Of a DNA stretch of 31,353 nucleotides, positions 9,937-18,197 are shown in pieces (positions within the stretch are counted from its first letter, which is position 1; each line of letters starts with the position of its first letter). A program made the translations under genes and the position numbers. The notes under the pieces were generated by a model. That model ran no database searches. It saw only the letters and a program-made list of their open reading frames with translations, and had not been told where the DNA came from. Origin of the DNA: Pseudomonadota bacterium (GTDB lineage Bacteria; Bdellovibrionota; FAC87; UBA2466); the NCBI GenBank assembly GCA_043718025.1, contig JAYSWN010000092.1, positions 1 through 31,353 of the forward strand, written 5' to 3'.

Positions 9937-9993
9937 CTTTGGCAAATTGCACCGCCGGTTACACGTTGCATTACAGATCGCGAGGTCCTTTCG

Positions 9994-11226
9994 ATGAAAA
10001 TTTGTCTACTAGCTGCCCTTTTGTTTTTCAATTTTGATGCCCATTCTGCTATTGATTTCGGTGAGTTAAACCTAAAGTCCGGTGAGGCTTTGGGCGAAAA
10101 AAGCGTCGCCCAAAATGATCTAAACCGGCTGCTAATTGAGAAGATGGGAGACGACTGGGGATTCTCTGAAACGCTGATTCGTAGCAGCGTAAAAAGTTTG
10201 GTCGAAAGTAAGTACAGCATCGAGTTTTCAAGCGACAAGAGCTGCAATCCTTGGCCCGAGTTACTCGAAGAGGCCGAATATCGTTCCACTTTAGAAGAGC
10301 AAGTAAACCAAACCGCCGCATTTTTAAGTGACTACCACGCCCGTAATCTTGGCAACAATCGATCCCTATTCAAAATCAGACACATCAAATTGTGCACCGC
10401 CGGCCTCCCTTGGGATTCCAAAATGATGGAATTTGACCGCTTTAAATCAGAGTTACGCCTGAACATTGGCCCGACCAGACTTAGGACGGTAGGTAACGGT
10501 AGCCTCACCAGGAATAATCTGAATTTTCTTACCGCAAAACAGATCAAAGCTAAGTGGGATGCCGGTGAAATGTGGGAAAGCGAAACCTACCTTAAAGATT
10601 TGGTGGATCGGAAGAAAAACCCCGTACGAGTTTTTTGGCCATTCTTAAATCCGGTTAGTGAAGAACGGGTGTTCTTGCGTGAAGCCATACGTCGTGATGG
10701 GCTTAAGCTGGCCGATGCGGTTCGTAACTGGATCCACCAAGATGACCTGAGCTTGCAAAAAGGGTTATTGGCAACGGCGAGTAAGTTTAAAGACGGCGCC
10801 GATCTGTCAGCGCGAATTCAAAAACTTTCGGGCTTGGCGGCCTTCAATTTAGGTCAAAGCTGGGCCGATAAATTGGCGGATGGAAAAGCCGCCGAGGACA
10901 TGGCGACCGCGGTGTTGGTGAGCGTGCTAAAAAAGCACGTCGAAAAGCAAAAGCAGATTTCAATTGAACGAAAGCAATACGGATTGGTGAATGTAGAAAA
11001 TTTTCACGACATTGACGTCGATTTTACCACCGGCGATGCCCAAGCTTTTCAGGAACAAGTGGTGGTGCCTGAAAATATTGAAATTAAAGTGACCCAAGTG
11101 GGTGTAGTAAACGTGTCAACCACCGACAGAGTTTCGGTAGGCGTGGCGCTTTCGGCAATGGCTTCGGGCAATACGTTTGAAAAAGCGGCCTTTGCGGTAG
11201 TACTAAAAAATTTAAAAGAGGAATAA
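9994..11226 (+). CDS. Hypothetical exported protein with a C-terminal two-copy beta-rich repeat
   Basis: 410-aa ORF from ATG 9994 with GAGGT RBS. Signal peptide MKICLLAALLFFNFDAHSA. Fills the dnaG-rpoD gap. Confidence 0.85.
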   Translation: MKICLLAALLFFNFDAHSAIDFGELNLKSGEALGEKSVAQNDLNRLLIEKMGDDWGFSETLIRSSVKSLVESKYSIEFSSDKSCNPWPELLEEAEYRSTLEEQVNQTAAFLSDYHARNLGNNRSLFKIRHIKLCTAGLPWDSKMMEFDRFKSELRLNIGPTRLRTVGNGSLTRNNLNFLTAKQIKAKWDAGEMWESETYLKDLVDRKKNPVRVFWPFLNPVSEERVFLREAIRRDGLKLADAVRNWIHQDDLSLQKGLLATASKFKDGADLSARIQKLSGLAAFNLGQSWADKLADGKAAEDMATAVLVSVLKKHVEKQKQISIERKQYGLVNVENFHDIDVDFTTGDAQAFQEQVVVPENIEIKVTQVGVVNVSTTDRVSVGVALSAMASGNTFEKAAFAVVLKNLKEE

Positions 11227-11230
11227 CCGC

Positions 11231-13105
11231 CTAGAAAATCGGCGGCTCTTCTTGTCGCGCTTTGGTAAGCGTTTCTAGTAGGCGAATGGTTTCGTCTTCT
11301 TGCCCCAGCTTTTGGGCAAGTTTCACCTGCGTGGTGAGTTGCGCCACTTTCTTTTCTTTGCGGCGACGGCCAAGATCTTTCACAAGTTGGGCAAAGCCTT
11401 CAAAGGCGATGCCATCTTTTCTGTCTCCCGCATTTTTGGCGCCCACTTCCTCGCCCGCGATCTCATCAGACCCCATCAAGAATTCAGAAAGTGTAGCGCT
11501 CAGCTCCGAGTCGGAAACTTCGGTAGCGATGATTTCTAAAAATTTTTTTCGCTCATCGGGTGTCTTTGCGACCTCCAGGCCTTGAATGAGTTTGGCCACT
11601 TCGGGCTCAATAATCTCTTGAGAAAACTGTTGATCGGCCACTTTGATAAATTCGGCCGGGTACGAAAGAGCAACTTTGAAGAACGCCCGGCCCAGAATAT
11701 CCTTTTTTCCAAACGTGGCGATGGGTGGCCGTTGCGGTGGGTTTTGGTTTCGATACTGCGTCTGGGGTTTCTCGGGAGGCTTTTGGCCCATTTGTCGGTC
11801 CAGATGAGCCACCAACGTTTGGGGCGAAAGCCCAAGGAGTAAACTGACGTCGTCCCACAGCAGCGCTCGATCGGACCGATTGCGACTTGAGATTAAAATG
11901 GGGGTGAGGCGTTCGAGCCATTTAGCCTTTTGTTCCTGACTGATGGGCCCCTCGGCTGAAATTTCTTTGAGAAGCTGAGTGACCTGGCGTGGGGCTTTAT
12001 CTACCAACGCGTAGAAAGCCTCGGCCCCCACGGCTTGCACGAACTCATCGGGGTCGCGCTGATCGGGAAGTTTTAAGTCGCGGGCGACGATACCGGCATC
12101 GAGAAATAACGAAATCGACCGACGCCAGGCTTCACGACCCGCCTCATCCGGATCAAATACGGTTACTACGCGCTTGGTAATTTTATTTAGGCGTACACAA
12201 TGTTCTTCGGTAAGTGCCGTGCCCATAGTCGCCATGGCATTGTCCACGCCCTTGTCGTAGAGCCCCACGACGTCCATGTAGCCCTCGACCAGAATGGCTT
12301 CACCCTTTAAGCGAATGCCACGCTGATTTTCGGTCAGAGCGTAAAGTGTATTCTTCTTCGAAAAGATCGGCGTTTCGGGAGAGTTTAGGTACTTGGGCTG
12401 CTTATCGCCGCTGCCCTCTTTCCCAGGCAAAAGGCGGGCCCCAAAGCCTACGGTATTTCCGTCGGCGTTGGTGATGGGAAACATCAACCGCCCTCGAAAC
12501 CGATCGTAGCCATCATTTTTGCCATCGGTGCTGGGAATGATGAGGCCAGAGTTGGTGAGCTCCTCCGCCGTGAACCCCTTTTTCTTTAAGCCGTCTTTTA
12601 CGGTGGACCAGGCGTCGGGAGAGACTCCAATACGAAATTTTTTTACCGTTTCAATCGAGATTCCGCGCGACTCAACGTACTGCCTTACCGACGCGTAATC
12701 GCGGCCGTCCATCAAAAGATTGTGGTAGTAGGCCGCGGTAACTTCATGGGCTTCAATCAGCCGCATCTCTTCGGGAGCTTGAGTTTTTGCCCGCGGAACG
12801 TATTTGTTTTTTTCGGTGCGGGCGATTTCGATGCCCGCCTTTTTCGCCAGCCGCTCCACCGCTTCGGGAAAACGAAGCCCTTCTACATTCATTAAGAAAG
12901 TGAAGATGTTGCCGCCTTGGTGGCAGCCAAAGCAATGGTAAATCTGCTTTAACGGGTGAACATGGAATGAAGGAGTTTTTTCTTTATGGAACGGACAGAG
13001 CCCCGTCATCCCGGTGCCACTTTTTTTAAGCGGAACGTAGGATTGGATCAGATCGACGATATCGATACGTTCCCGGATCTGCTCTAATGTAGACTCTTCA
13101 AACAC
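11231..13105 (-). CDS. dnaG: DNA primase
   Basis: CHC2 zinc finger (CPFHKEKTPSF...CFGC), DRFRGRLMFPI, PKYLNSPETPIF, Toprim motifs VEGYMDV, MGTALT, FDPDEAG, DPDE. Confidence 0.99.
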   Translation of the reverse strand: MFEESTLEQIRERIDIVDLIQSYVPLKKSGTGMTGLCPFHKEKTPSFHVHPLKQIYHCFGCHQGGNIFTFLMNVEGLRFPEAVERLAKKAGIEIARTEKNKYVPRAKTQAPEEMRLIEAHEVTAAYYHNLLMDGRDYASVRQYVESRGISIETVKKFRIGVSPDAWSTVKDGLKKKGFTAEELTNSGLIIPSTDGKNDGYDRFRGRLMFPITNADGNTVGFGARLLPGKEGSGDKQPKYLNSPETPIFSKKNTLYALTENQRGIRLKGEAILVEGYMDVVGLYDKGVDNAMATMGTALTEEHCVRLNKITKRVVTVFDPDEAGREAWRRSISLFLDAGIVARDLKLPDQRDPDEFVQAVGAEAFYALVDKAPRQVTQLLKEISAEGPISQEQKAKWLERLTPILISSRNRSDRALLWDDVSLLLGLSPQTLVAHLDRQMGQKPPEKPQTQYRNQNPPQRPPIATFGKKDILGRAFFKVALSYPAEFIKVADQQFSQEIIEPEVAKLIQGLEVAKTPDERKKFLEIIATEVSDSELSATLSEFLMGSDEIAGEEVGAKNAGDRKDGIAFEGFAQLVKDLGRRRKEKKVAQLTTQVKLAQKLGQEDETIRLLETLTKARQEEPPIF

Positions 13106-13253
13106 TTAAATTTTTTACCCTTTTCGCGAGAGGCTGAGCACGCCGCCCCATCATAACTTTGGAGAAGATCCGCTGACTTGATGATTACATTACTTTCTGG
13201 CGCGCCTATTCTATGACGACTATATAGTATTCCCTAGATCCAGTACTCTTAGG

Positions 13254-14240
13254 GTGTCACCAAAAAAGGTCAAACCGTTGTGCGCCATTATAAAAACAGA
13301 AGCAGAGAAGCCAAAAGCTTCGGCCTATAAGCCACCCCCCTTTTTTATTCGCTGGCTCGCGCTAATCGTTTTATTTTCCTCTTCTTTTTTGCACGCGGAG
13401 CGTTATGTTCTGTTTTCTGTACCGGGCCAGCAGGTGGAAGGGTACGACGAAATAGTGGGTAAAGTCGGTGCGGGAGACGTATTGGTATTCTCCGACGGAA
13501 AAGAATTTACCATTAAAAAAAAGCTGGGGAGTGGCAATACCACCGCTATTTTTGAGGTCGCGGGTGATCTCGCGTTACGAATTCCGCTGCGCGCGGGTAA
13601 TTTCCATCAGGGACTTTCTTGGGAGTCAGTGCTGGACGCCCGGGATCACGGCGCGATCTTTTTGCCGTACACTTTCTACATCACGGCTTTTATCAAAGGG
13701 CAGAAGTTACTTTCTGAGCACGCGGTGAAAGTAGTAAAGATGGACCGCTATCTTGAGGCTGAGTACGCGGTTGTAGAAGAGGTAGCCGCGCTTTTTACCC
13801 TCAAATCCTACCTAGAGGAGAGCCGCGGCCTGATGCCGGAAGGGCGAAGAAACAATATAGACAGCGAACTTATTGAATGGATTAAAAGTGCGGCGTTACT
13901 TTCCGAAATCGGCGACTTTCATCGCGAGCAGCTTTTGTATACGGACGAGGGCTGGAAGCTTATTGATTTCACGGGCGACGTAAGGGCTTCCGTGAGCCAG
14001 CGAGATACTTCGCTTTTCGTGCTTTCGTTCTGGGATCGGGTTTTAAGTGTAATGGGGCGGCACAATGGCCTAAGCTTGCCCTCTGACCTGATCGAACGGG
14101 CCAAGGCCGCGATTCAAGAGGTACGTAAAGCGGAAGGCTTGCCGTTCACTTTGAGTTCTGTCCAATGGTGCGGAAAAGCCTTGGGGTTTCTCTCCAATAT
14201 GGTGAAGAACGATCGCCAACGGCAGCGCGCTTTAAAGTAA
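13254..14240 (+). CDS. Putative exported protein-kinase-like (possibly pseudokinase) protein; start uncertain
   Basis: Hydrophobic segment ending in LHA. Kinase-like motifs in the correct order: LGSGNTTAIF, LALRIP, GDFHREQL, WKLIDFTG. Confidence 0.7.
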   Translation: MSPKKVKPLCAIIKTEAEKPKASAYKPPPFFIRWLALIVLFSSSFLHAERYVLFSVPGQQVEGYDEIVGKVGAGDVLVFSDGKEFTIKKKLGSGNTTAIFEVAGDLALRIPLRAGNFHQGLSWESVLDARDHGAIFLPYTFYITAFIKGQKLLSEHAVKVVKMDRYLEAEYAVVEEVAALFTLKSYLEESRGLMPEGRRNNIDSELIEWIKSAALLSEIGDFHREQLLYTDEGWKLIDFTGDVRASVSQRDTSLFVLSFWDRVLSVMGRHNGLSLPSDLIERAKAAIQEVRKAEGLPFTLSSVQWCGKALGFLSNMVKNDRQRQRALK

Positions 14241-14260
14241 AGCAATCCGTAAACGCAAAA

Positions 14261-14707
14261 TCAGGGGGTAAGTAGCTTTCGGGCCAGCTCATTCACCGCT
14301 TTACCATCGGCGCGCCCGCCAGTTTTGGCCAAGGCGGCTTTCATCACTTTGCCCACGTCGGCTGGCACTTTAGCCCCAGACTCTTCAATGGCGGCTTTTA
14401 CAATCGCCTCGAGCTCGGCGGCAGAGAGCTGTTGCGGCAAGTAGCCTAACAAGAAAACTATTTCAGCTTTCTCTTTATCGGCTAAGTCTTGGCGGTTGCC
14501 CTTTTCAAAGGCTTCAATGGACTCGTTTCGTTGTTTGACCAGGGATTGAATAATTTTAACAATCTCAACCTCTTCAAGTACGACACGCTTATCAATTTCA
14601 CGCTTTTTAATCTCCGCAATGGCCATCCGGAGGGTGCCCACTTTTGCGGGATTAGAGGCTTTCATGGCCTCTTTCATGTCATTTTGAAGTTTGGTCTTAA
14701 GATCCAC
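14261..14707 (-). CDS. yqeY: GatB/YqeY domain protein
   Basis: DMKEAMKA, KQRNESIEAFEKGNRQDLA, YLPQQLS, GKVM, GRADGK. Directly after rpsU. Confidence 0.96.
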   Translation of the reverse strand: MDLKTKLQNDMKEAMKASNPAKVGTLRMAIAEIKKREIDKRVVLEEVEIVKIIQSLVKQRNESIEAFEKGNRQDLADKEKAEIVFLLGYLPQQLSAAELEAIVKAAIEESGAKVPADVGKVMKAALAKTGGRADGKAVNELARKLLTP

Positions 14708-14718
14708 AGGTCCCCTTT

Positions 14719-14919
14719 TTAGAAGGTCTTGAAAGTCTTCAGTCGGGTCGTCTTCTTTTTACGGGCCGCTAGCGACTTCTTTTTGCGACGGACCGAGGGC
14801 TTTTCGTAATGTTCGCGGCGACGAAGTTCAGCCACAATACCAGCGTTTTCACAGAGCCGCTTGAATTTGCGGATAGCCATGTCGGTTGAGTCAGTTTCTC
14901 TTACAACGATTCCAAGCAT
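14719..14919 (-). CDS. rpsU: 30S ribosomal protein S21
   Basis: AIRKFKR...[29 protein letters not shown]. Confidence 0.97.
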   Translation of the reverse strand: MLGIVVRETDSTDMAIRKFKRLCENAGIVAELRRREHYEKPSVRRKKKSLAARKKKTTRLKTFKTF

Positions 14920-14975
14920 ATGTTCTCCAAAGGCCTTATTGAGTAGCTTCAGTGCCGTTGCGCCGTCAAGCCAGT

Positions 14976-15992
14976 CTACAAAATCAGCATGGCGTCGCCG
15001 TAACTAAAAAAGCGGTATTTCCGCTTAACCGCTTCTTGATAGGCGGAGAGAATGCGCTCCTTGCCGGCAAAAGCGCTGACTAGAATCAGTAGCGTTGATT
15101 CAGGAAGGTGAAAATTAGTGATAAGGCCATCTACCAGAGAAAAGGCATGGCCCGGCTTGATAAAAATCTGGGTGCCGGCGCGGGGGCCAAACTGCGGATA
15201 AGACTCAAGCGCTCGTAGCGTCGTGGTGCCTACTGCCACCACGCGGCCGCCAAGTGCCCGGGCAGTTTCAATTTGCGCGAGGGTGGTTGGCGGGATTTCG
15301 TAGAACTCATTGTGCATTACATGATGATCGACCTCATCGGTGGCGATGGGGGCAAAAGTTCCGTAGCCTACGTGTAGGGTAAGAAACGCACTGTTCACCC
15401 CTGCCGCTTTGATGGTCTTAAGTAATTCTTCCGTAAAGTGTAGGCCCGCGGTCGGGGCCGCGATCGAGCCGTGAGTCTTGGCGTAAACGGTTTGGTAGGT
15501 TTCGGTGTCGCTAGACTCTGCTTCGCGATTTAAATAGGGGGGAAGCGGCATCACGCCGTTTTTTTCGATCCACGCAAAGCGGCCGATTGCGTCGGCCAAC
15601 ATATCGCACTCAATAATAAAATCGTCACCCGCGCGGGTTATATGGCCCAAAGATTCGTCCCCAAACATCACCGTAAGGCCATCACGCACCTTTTTTCCGG
15701 GGCGCACTAAACACGACCACTGGTTCGCCTGTGCGCTGGGCGCGAGAAGCAAGACTTCAATAGTGCCGCCGTAGCGGGTTTTCGCAAATAGGCGGGCGGG
15801 TATCACCTTGGTGTCATTAAAAACCAATAAATCATTGGGTTTGAGCAAATTAGGGAGCTCATGAAAAACGTGATGATCGGTGCCGCCGTCGCTTCTGCTG
15901 AGCGTAAGCAACCGCGAAGTATCCCTCGGCGTGACGGGGTATTTTGCGATCAGCTCCGGCGGCAATTCAAAATGGAAATCAGACAGGCGCAT
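14976..15992 (-). CDS. queA: S-adenosylmethionine:tRNA ribosyltransferase-isomerase QueA
   Basis: [73 protein letters not shown]. Start placed at ATG 15992. Confidence 0.98.
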   Translation of the reverse strand: MRLSDFHFELPPELIAKYPVTPRDTSRLLTLSRSDGGTDHHVFHELPNLLKPNDLLVFNDTKVIPARLFAKTRYGGTIEVLLLAPSAQANQWSCLVRPGKKVRDGLTVMFGDESLGHITRAGDDFIIECDMLADAIGRFAWIEKNGVMPLPPYLNREAESSDTETYQTVYAKTHGSIAAPTAGLHFTEELLKTIKAAGVNSAFLTLHVGYGTFAPIATDEVDHHVMHNEFYEIPPTTLAQIETARALGGRVVAVGTTTLRALESYPQFGPRAGTQIFIKPGHAFSLVDGLITNFHLPESTLLILVSAFAGKERILSAYQEAVKRKYRFFSYGDAMLIL

Positions 15993-16079
15993 CGGTGGCG
16001 CACAATAGGCGAGAGCGGCGAAACCCGCCACTCTTTTGCTTTCCGAATTAAGTCTGAGTATTGACCTGGGCCTTAAAGT

Positions 16080-17096
16080 TTACCACCCCGTCACTACGAT
16101 TTTCCCTCGCCCTTTTCCCGACTCAAGCCGTGTGTGGGCGAGGCGTAAGTTCTCGGCCGATAGTGGGGTCATGATTTCACTCACGGTATGTCGCAGTTTT
16201 CCATTGTCGATCCAAGTGGCAACCCGGTCTAAAATTTCTCCTTGGCGAGCCATGTCCGGAGTCTGAAAAAGCGAGCGGGTGAACATGAGCTCCCAACTGA
16301 ACGAAACGCTTTTGGCCATTAGCAATGTGAGGTCCAATGGTTCAGCGGATTCTACGATAGAAACAATTTTCCCCGTCGGTCGAATGATTTCGGCCATCGT
16401 TTTCCAGTAAGCACTGGTGTTTGCGGTATTGAAAATGGCATCCACCTCGTTAATCCCCACCGCCTCAAGCTGCGGTTTGAGGGGCAGGCGGTGGTCGAGT
16501 ACCACATCGGCTCCGAAATCTTTTACCCAGCTGACTGTCTCGGGGCGCGATGCCGTGGTGATCACTTTTACCCCTGCCAGCCGCGCCATCTGGATAGCCA
16601 TCGAGCCAACCCCGCCGGCTCCACCGATGATCAAAAGGGTAGTTGGCTTTCTCTGGCCGTCAGGTGAAATGCCTAAGTGCTCAAAAAGAGCTTCATACGC
16701 CGTGAGGGCGGTAAGGGGGAGTGCTGCGCTCTGGGTCAGACTCAAACTCTTCGGTTTATGCCCAACGATACGGGCATCCACCGCGTGATACTCACTGTTA
16801 GTTCCGGGACGGCTGATGTCGCCAGCGTAGTAGACTTGGTCACCAACCTTAAATCCCGAAACATCGTTTCCCATTTCCACTACGGTACCCGCGGCATCGT
16901 ACCCGAGTATCACCGGGACTCCATTTTCAGCGGCCTTGCGCATCCTCTGCTTGGTGTCGACCGGGTTTACCGAAACCGAGTGCACGCTCACCAACAGATC
17001 GTGTGGACGCAGACTGGGTTTAGCGATGCTTACCTCGATAAGAGATTGAGGATCGCTAGAGGCGAGGTTGTTCAAATAGCCAATTGCTTTCATCAT
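16080..17096 (-). CDS. Zinc-binding alcohol dehydrogenase family / quinone oxidoreductase-like MDR protein
   Basis: MKAIGY start with GGAG 6 nt upstream, SVNPVDTK, GYDAAG, AALPLTALTAYE, GGAGGVGS, WELMFTRS. The ORF extends in frame to ATG 17216 (see findings). Confidence 0.93.
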   Translation of the reverse strand: MMKAIGYLNNLASSDPQSLIEVSIAKPSLRPHDLLVSVHSVSVNPVDTKQRMRKAAENGVPVILGYDAAGTVVEMGNDVSGFKVGDQVYYAGDISRPGTNSEYHAVDARIVGHKPKSLSLTQSAALPLTALTAYEALFEHLGISPDGQRKPTTLLIIGGAGGVGSMAIQMARLAGVKVITTASRPETVSWVKDFGADVVLDHRLPLKPQLEAVGINEVDAIFNTANTSAYWKTMAEIIRPTGKIVSIVESAEPLDLTLLMAKSVSFSWELMFTRSLFQTPDMARQGEILDRVATWIDNGKLRHTVSEIMTPLSAENLRLAHTRLESGKGRGKIVVTGW

Positions 17097-17282
17097 CGGA
17101 AACTCCGTAATTAGGTTAAGGCAGCTTTTGGGCGTCTCCGCACTTGCGCAAGTGAAGTTAAACAAAAGGGGGAATGCCGCTGCCGAAAGACCGGTAAAAG
17201 TGAACTGTCTCTTCATTGGCTCTTTGTAACCCTCTCCTTGGTTGTTAATAATGGGCGATTTTGTTAAGTAACTATTTCCAAT

Positions 17283-18197
17283 ATGGACTTAATCAAAATT
17301 TCCGATCTAACCTTGTGGGAGAGCTTTTACTGGGTGGCTAAGAAGGGCAGCTTCACCGCCGCGGCCCATCAGATGCGTCTGAGCGTTCCGTTTTTGAGCA
17401 AGAAGATCGCGCGGTTGGAAGATTCTCTGGGCACCCGTTTGTTCAACCGTACTACACGGCGCGTGAGCATGACCCGCGAAGCACAGGCGTTATTGCCCCG
17501 TGTAGAAGCACTGCTCGAGGAGATTGGGAATCTTGAGCGAACCCAATCTTCGGGCGCCGAGGCGGGATTGATTCGGGTGACCTGCATTCCGGCGTTTGCG
17601 CAACGCTGTCTTGCTCCCTTAGTAATAAAATTTCAGATGCTTCATCCCGGGGTCCATTTTGATCTGCACGTATCCGATCGGCTGGTGGATTTAATTGAGA
17701 TGCAGATCGATGTGGCAATTCGAGTTCAACGGCCAAAGGGCGCGCAGTTTGTTTTCCGTAGACTATTTTCCAACGACTTAATTTGGTGTGCGTCTCCGTC
17801 CTATTTAAAATCACGAGAGCCGATAAAAAAAATCGAGGACCTAAAACAACACCCGCTGTTGGTTTTGCCGGTGTACGAGAATTGCCGTGTCGGACGTGCC
17901 GGCACCCAGGTGCGCGAGCTTCTTGCGCTGCAGCCATTGCGGAGTGAAAGCGGAGCGGTGTTAACGGAACTTGTCGTGCGAGGGGGTGGCGTCGCCCTGA
18001 GGTCTCGTTGGGACGTGGCGCCCTTGATCGAAGAAGGTAAGCTGGTGCGGGTTTTAGAAAAATTTGCGGTAGAGTCATTTGGTGACTTGTACGCCGTCAC
18101 CCCGCACGGCAGATTTCTAACTCGCCGAGTGCGTCTGTTTTTAGATTTTCTTGCCGAAGCGTGCCATCGCGGAAATGAAAAACCTCTAAAAACGTGA
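17283..18197 (+). CDS. LysR-family transcriptional regulator (CrgA-like)
   Basis: HTH GSFTAAA...LE..LGTRLFNRTTRRVSMT, plus SDRLVDLIE..DVAIR and ASPSYL. Divergent from the MDR gene. Confidence 0.96.
   Translation: MDLIKISDLTLWESFYWVAKKGSFTAAAHQMRLSVPFLSKKIARLEDSLGTRLFNRTTRRVSMTREAQALLPRVEALLEEIGNLERTQSSGAEAGLIRVTCIPAFAQRCLAPLVIKFQMLHPGVHFDLHVSDRLVDLIEMQIDVAIRVQRPKGAQFVFRRLFSNDLIWCASPSYLKSREPIKKIEDLKQHPLLVLPVYENCRVGRAGTQVRELLALQPLRSESGAVLTELVVRGGGVALRSRWDVAPLIEEGKLVRVLEKFAVESFGDLYAVTPHGRFLTRRVRLFLDFLAEACHRGNEKPLKT

Noticed and set aside
9939..9952. Plus-strand sigma54 promoter TTGGCAAATTGC for the exported gene
   Set aside because: The GG-to-GC spacing is 6 nt, not the required 10.
13219..13228. 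Palindrome ACTATATAGT upstream of dnaG as an NrdR box
   Set aside because: The core is 2 nt shorter than the NrdR consensus and there is no second box. A 10-bp AT-rich palindrome is weak evidence.
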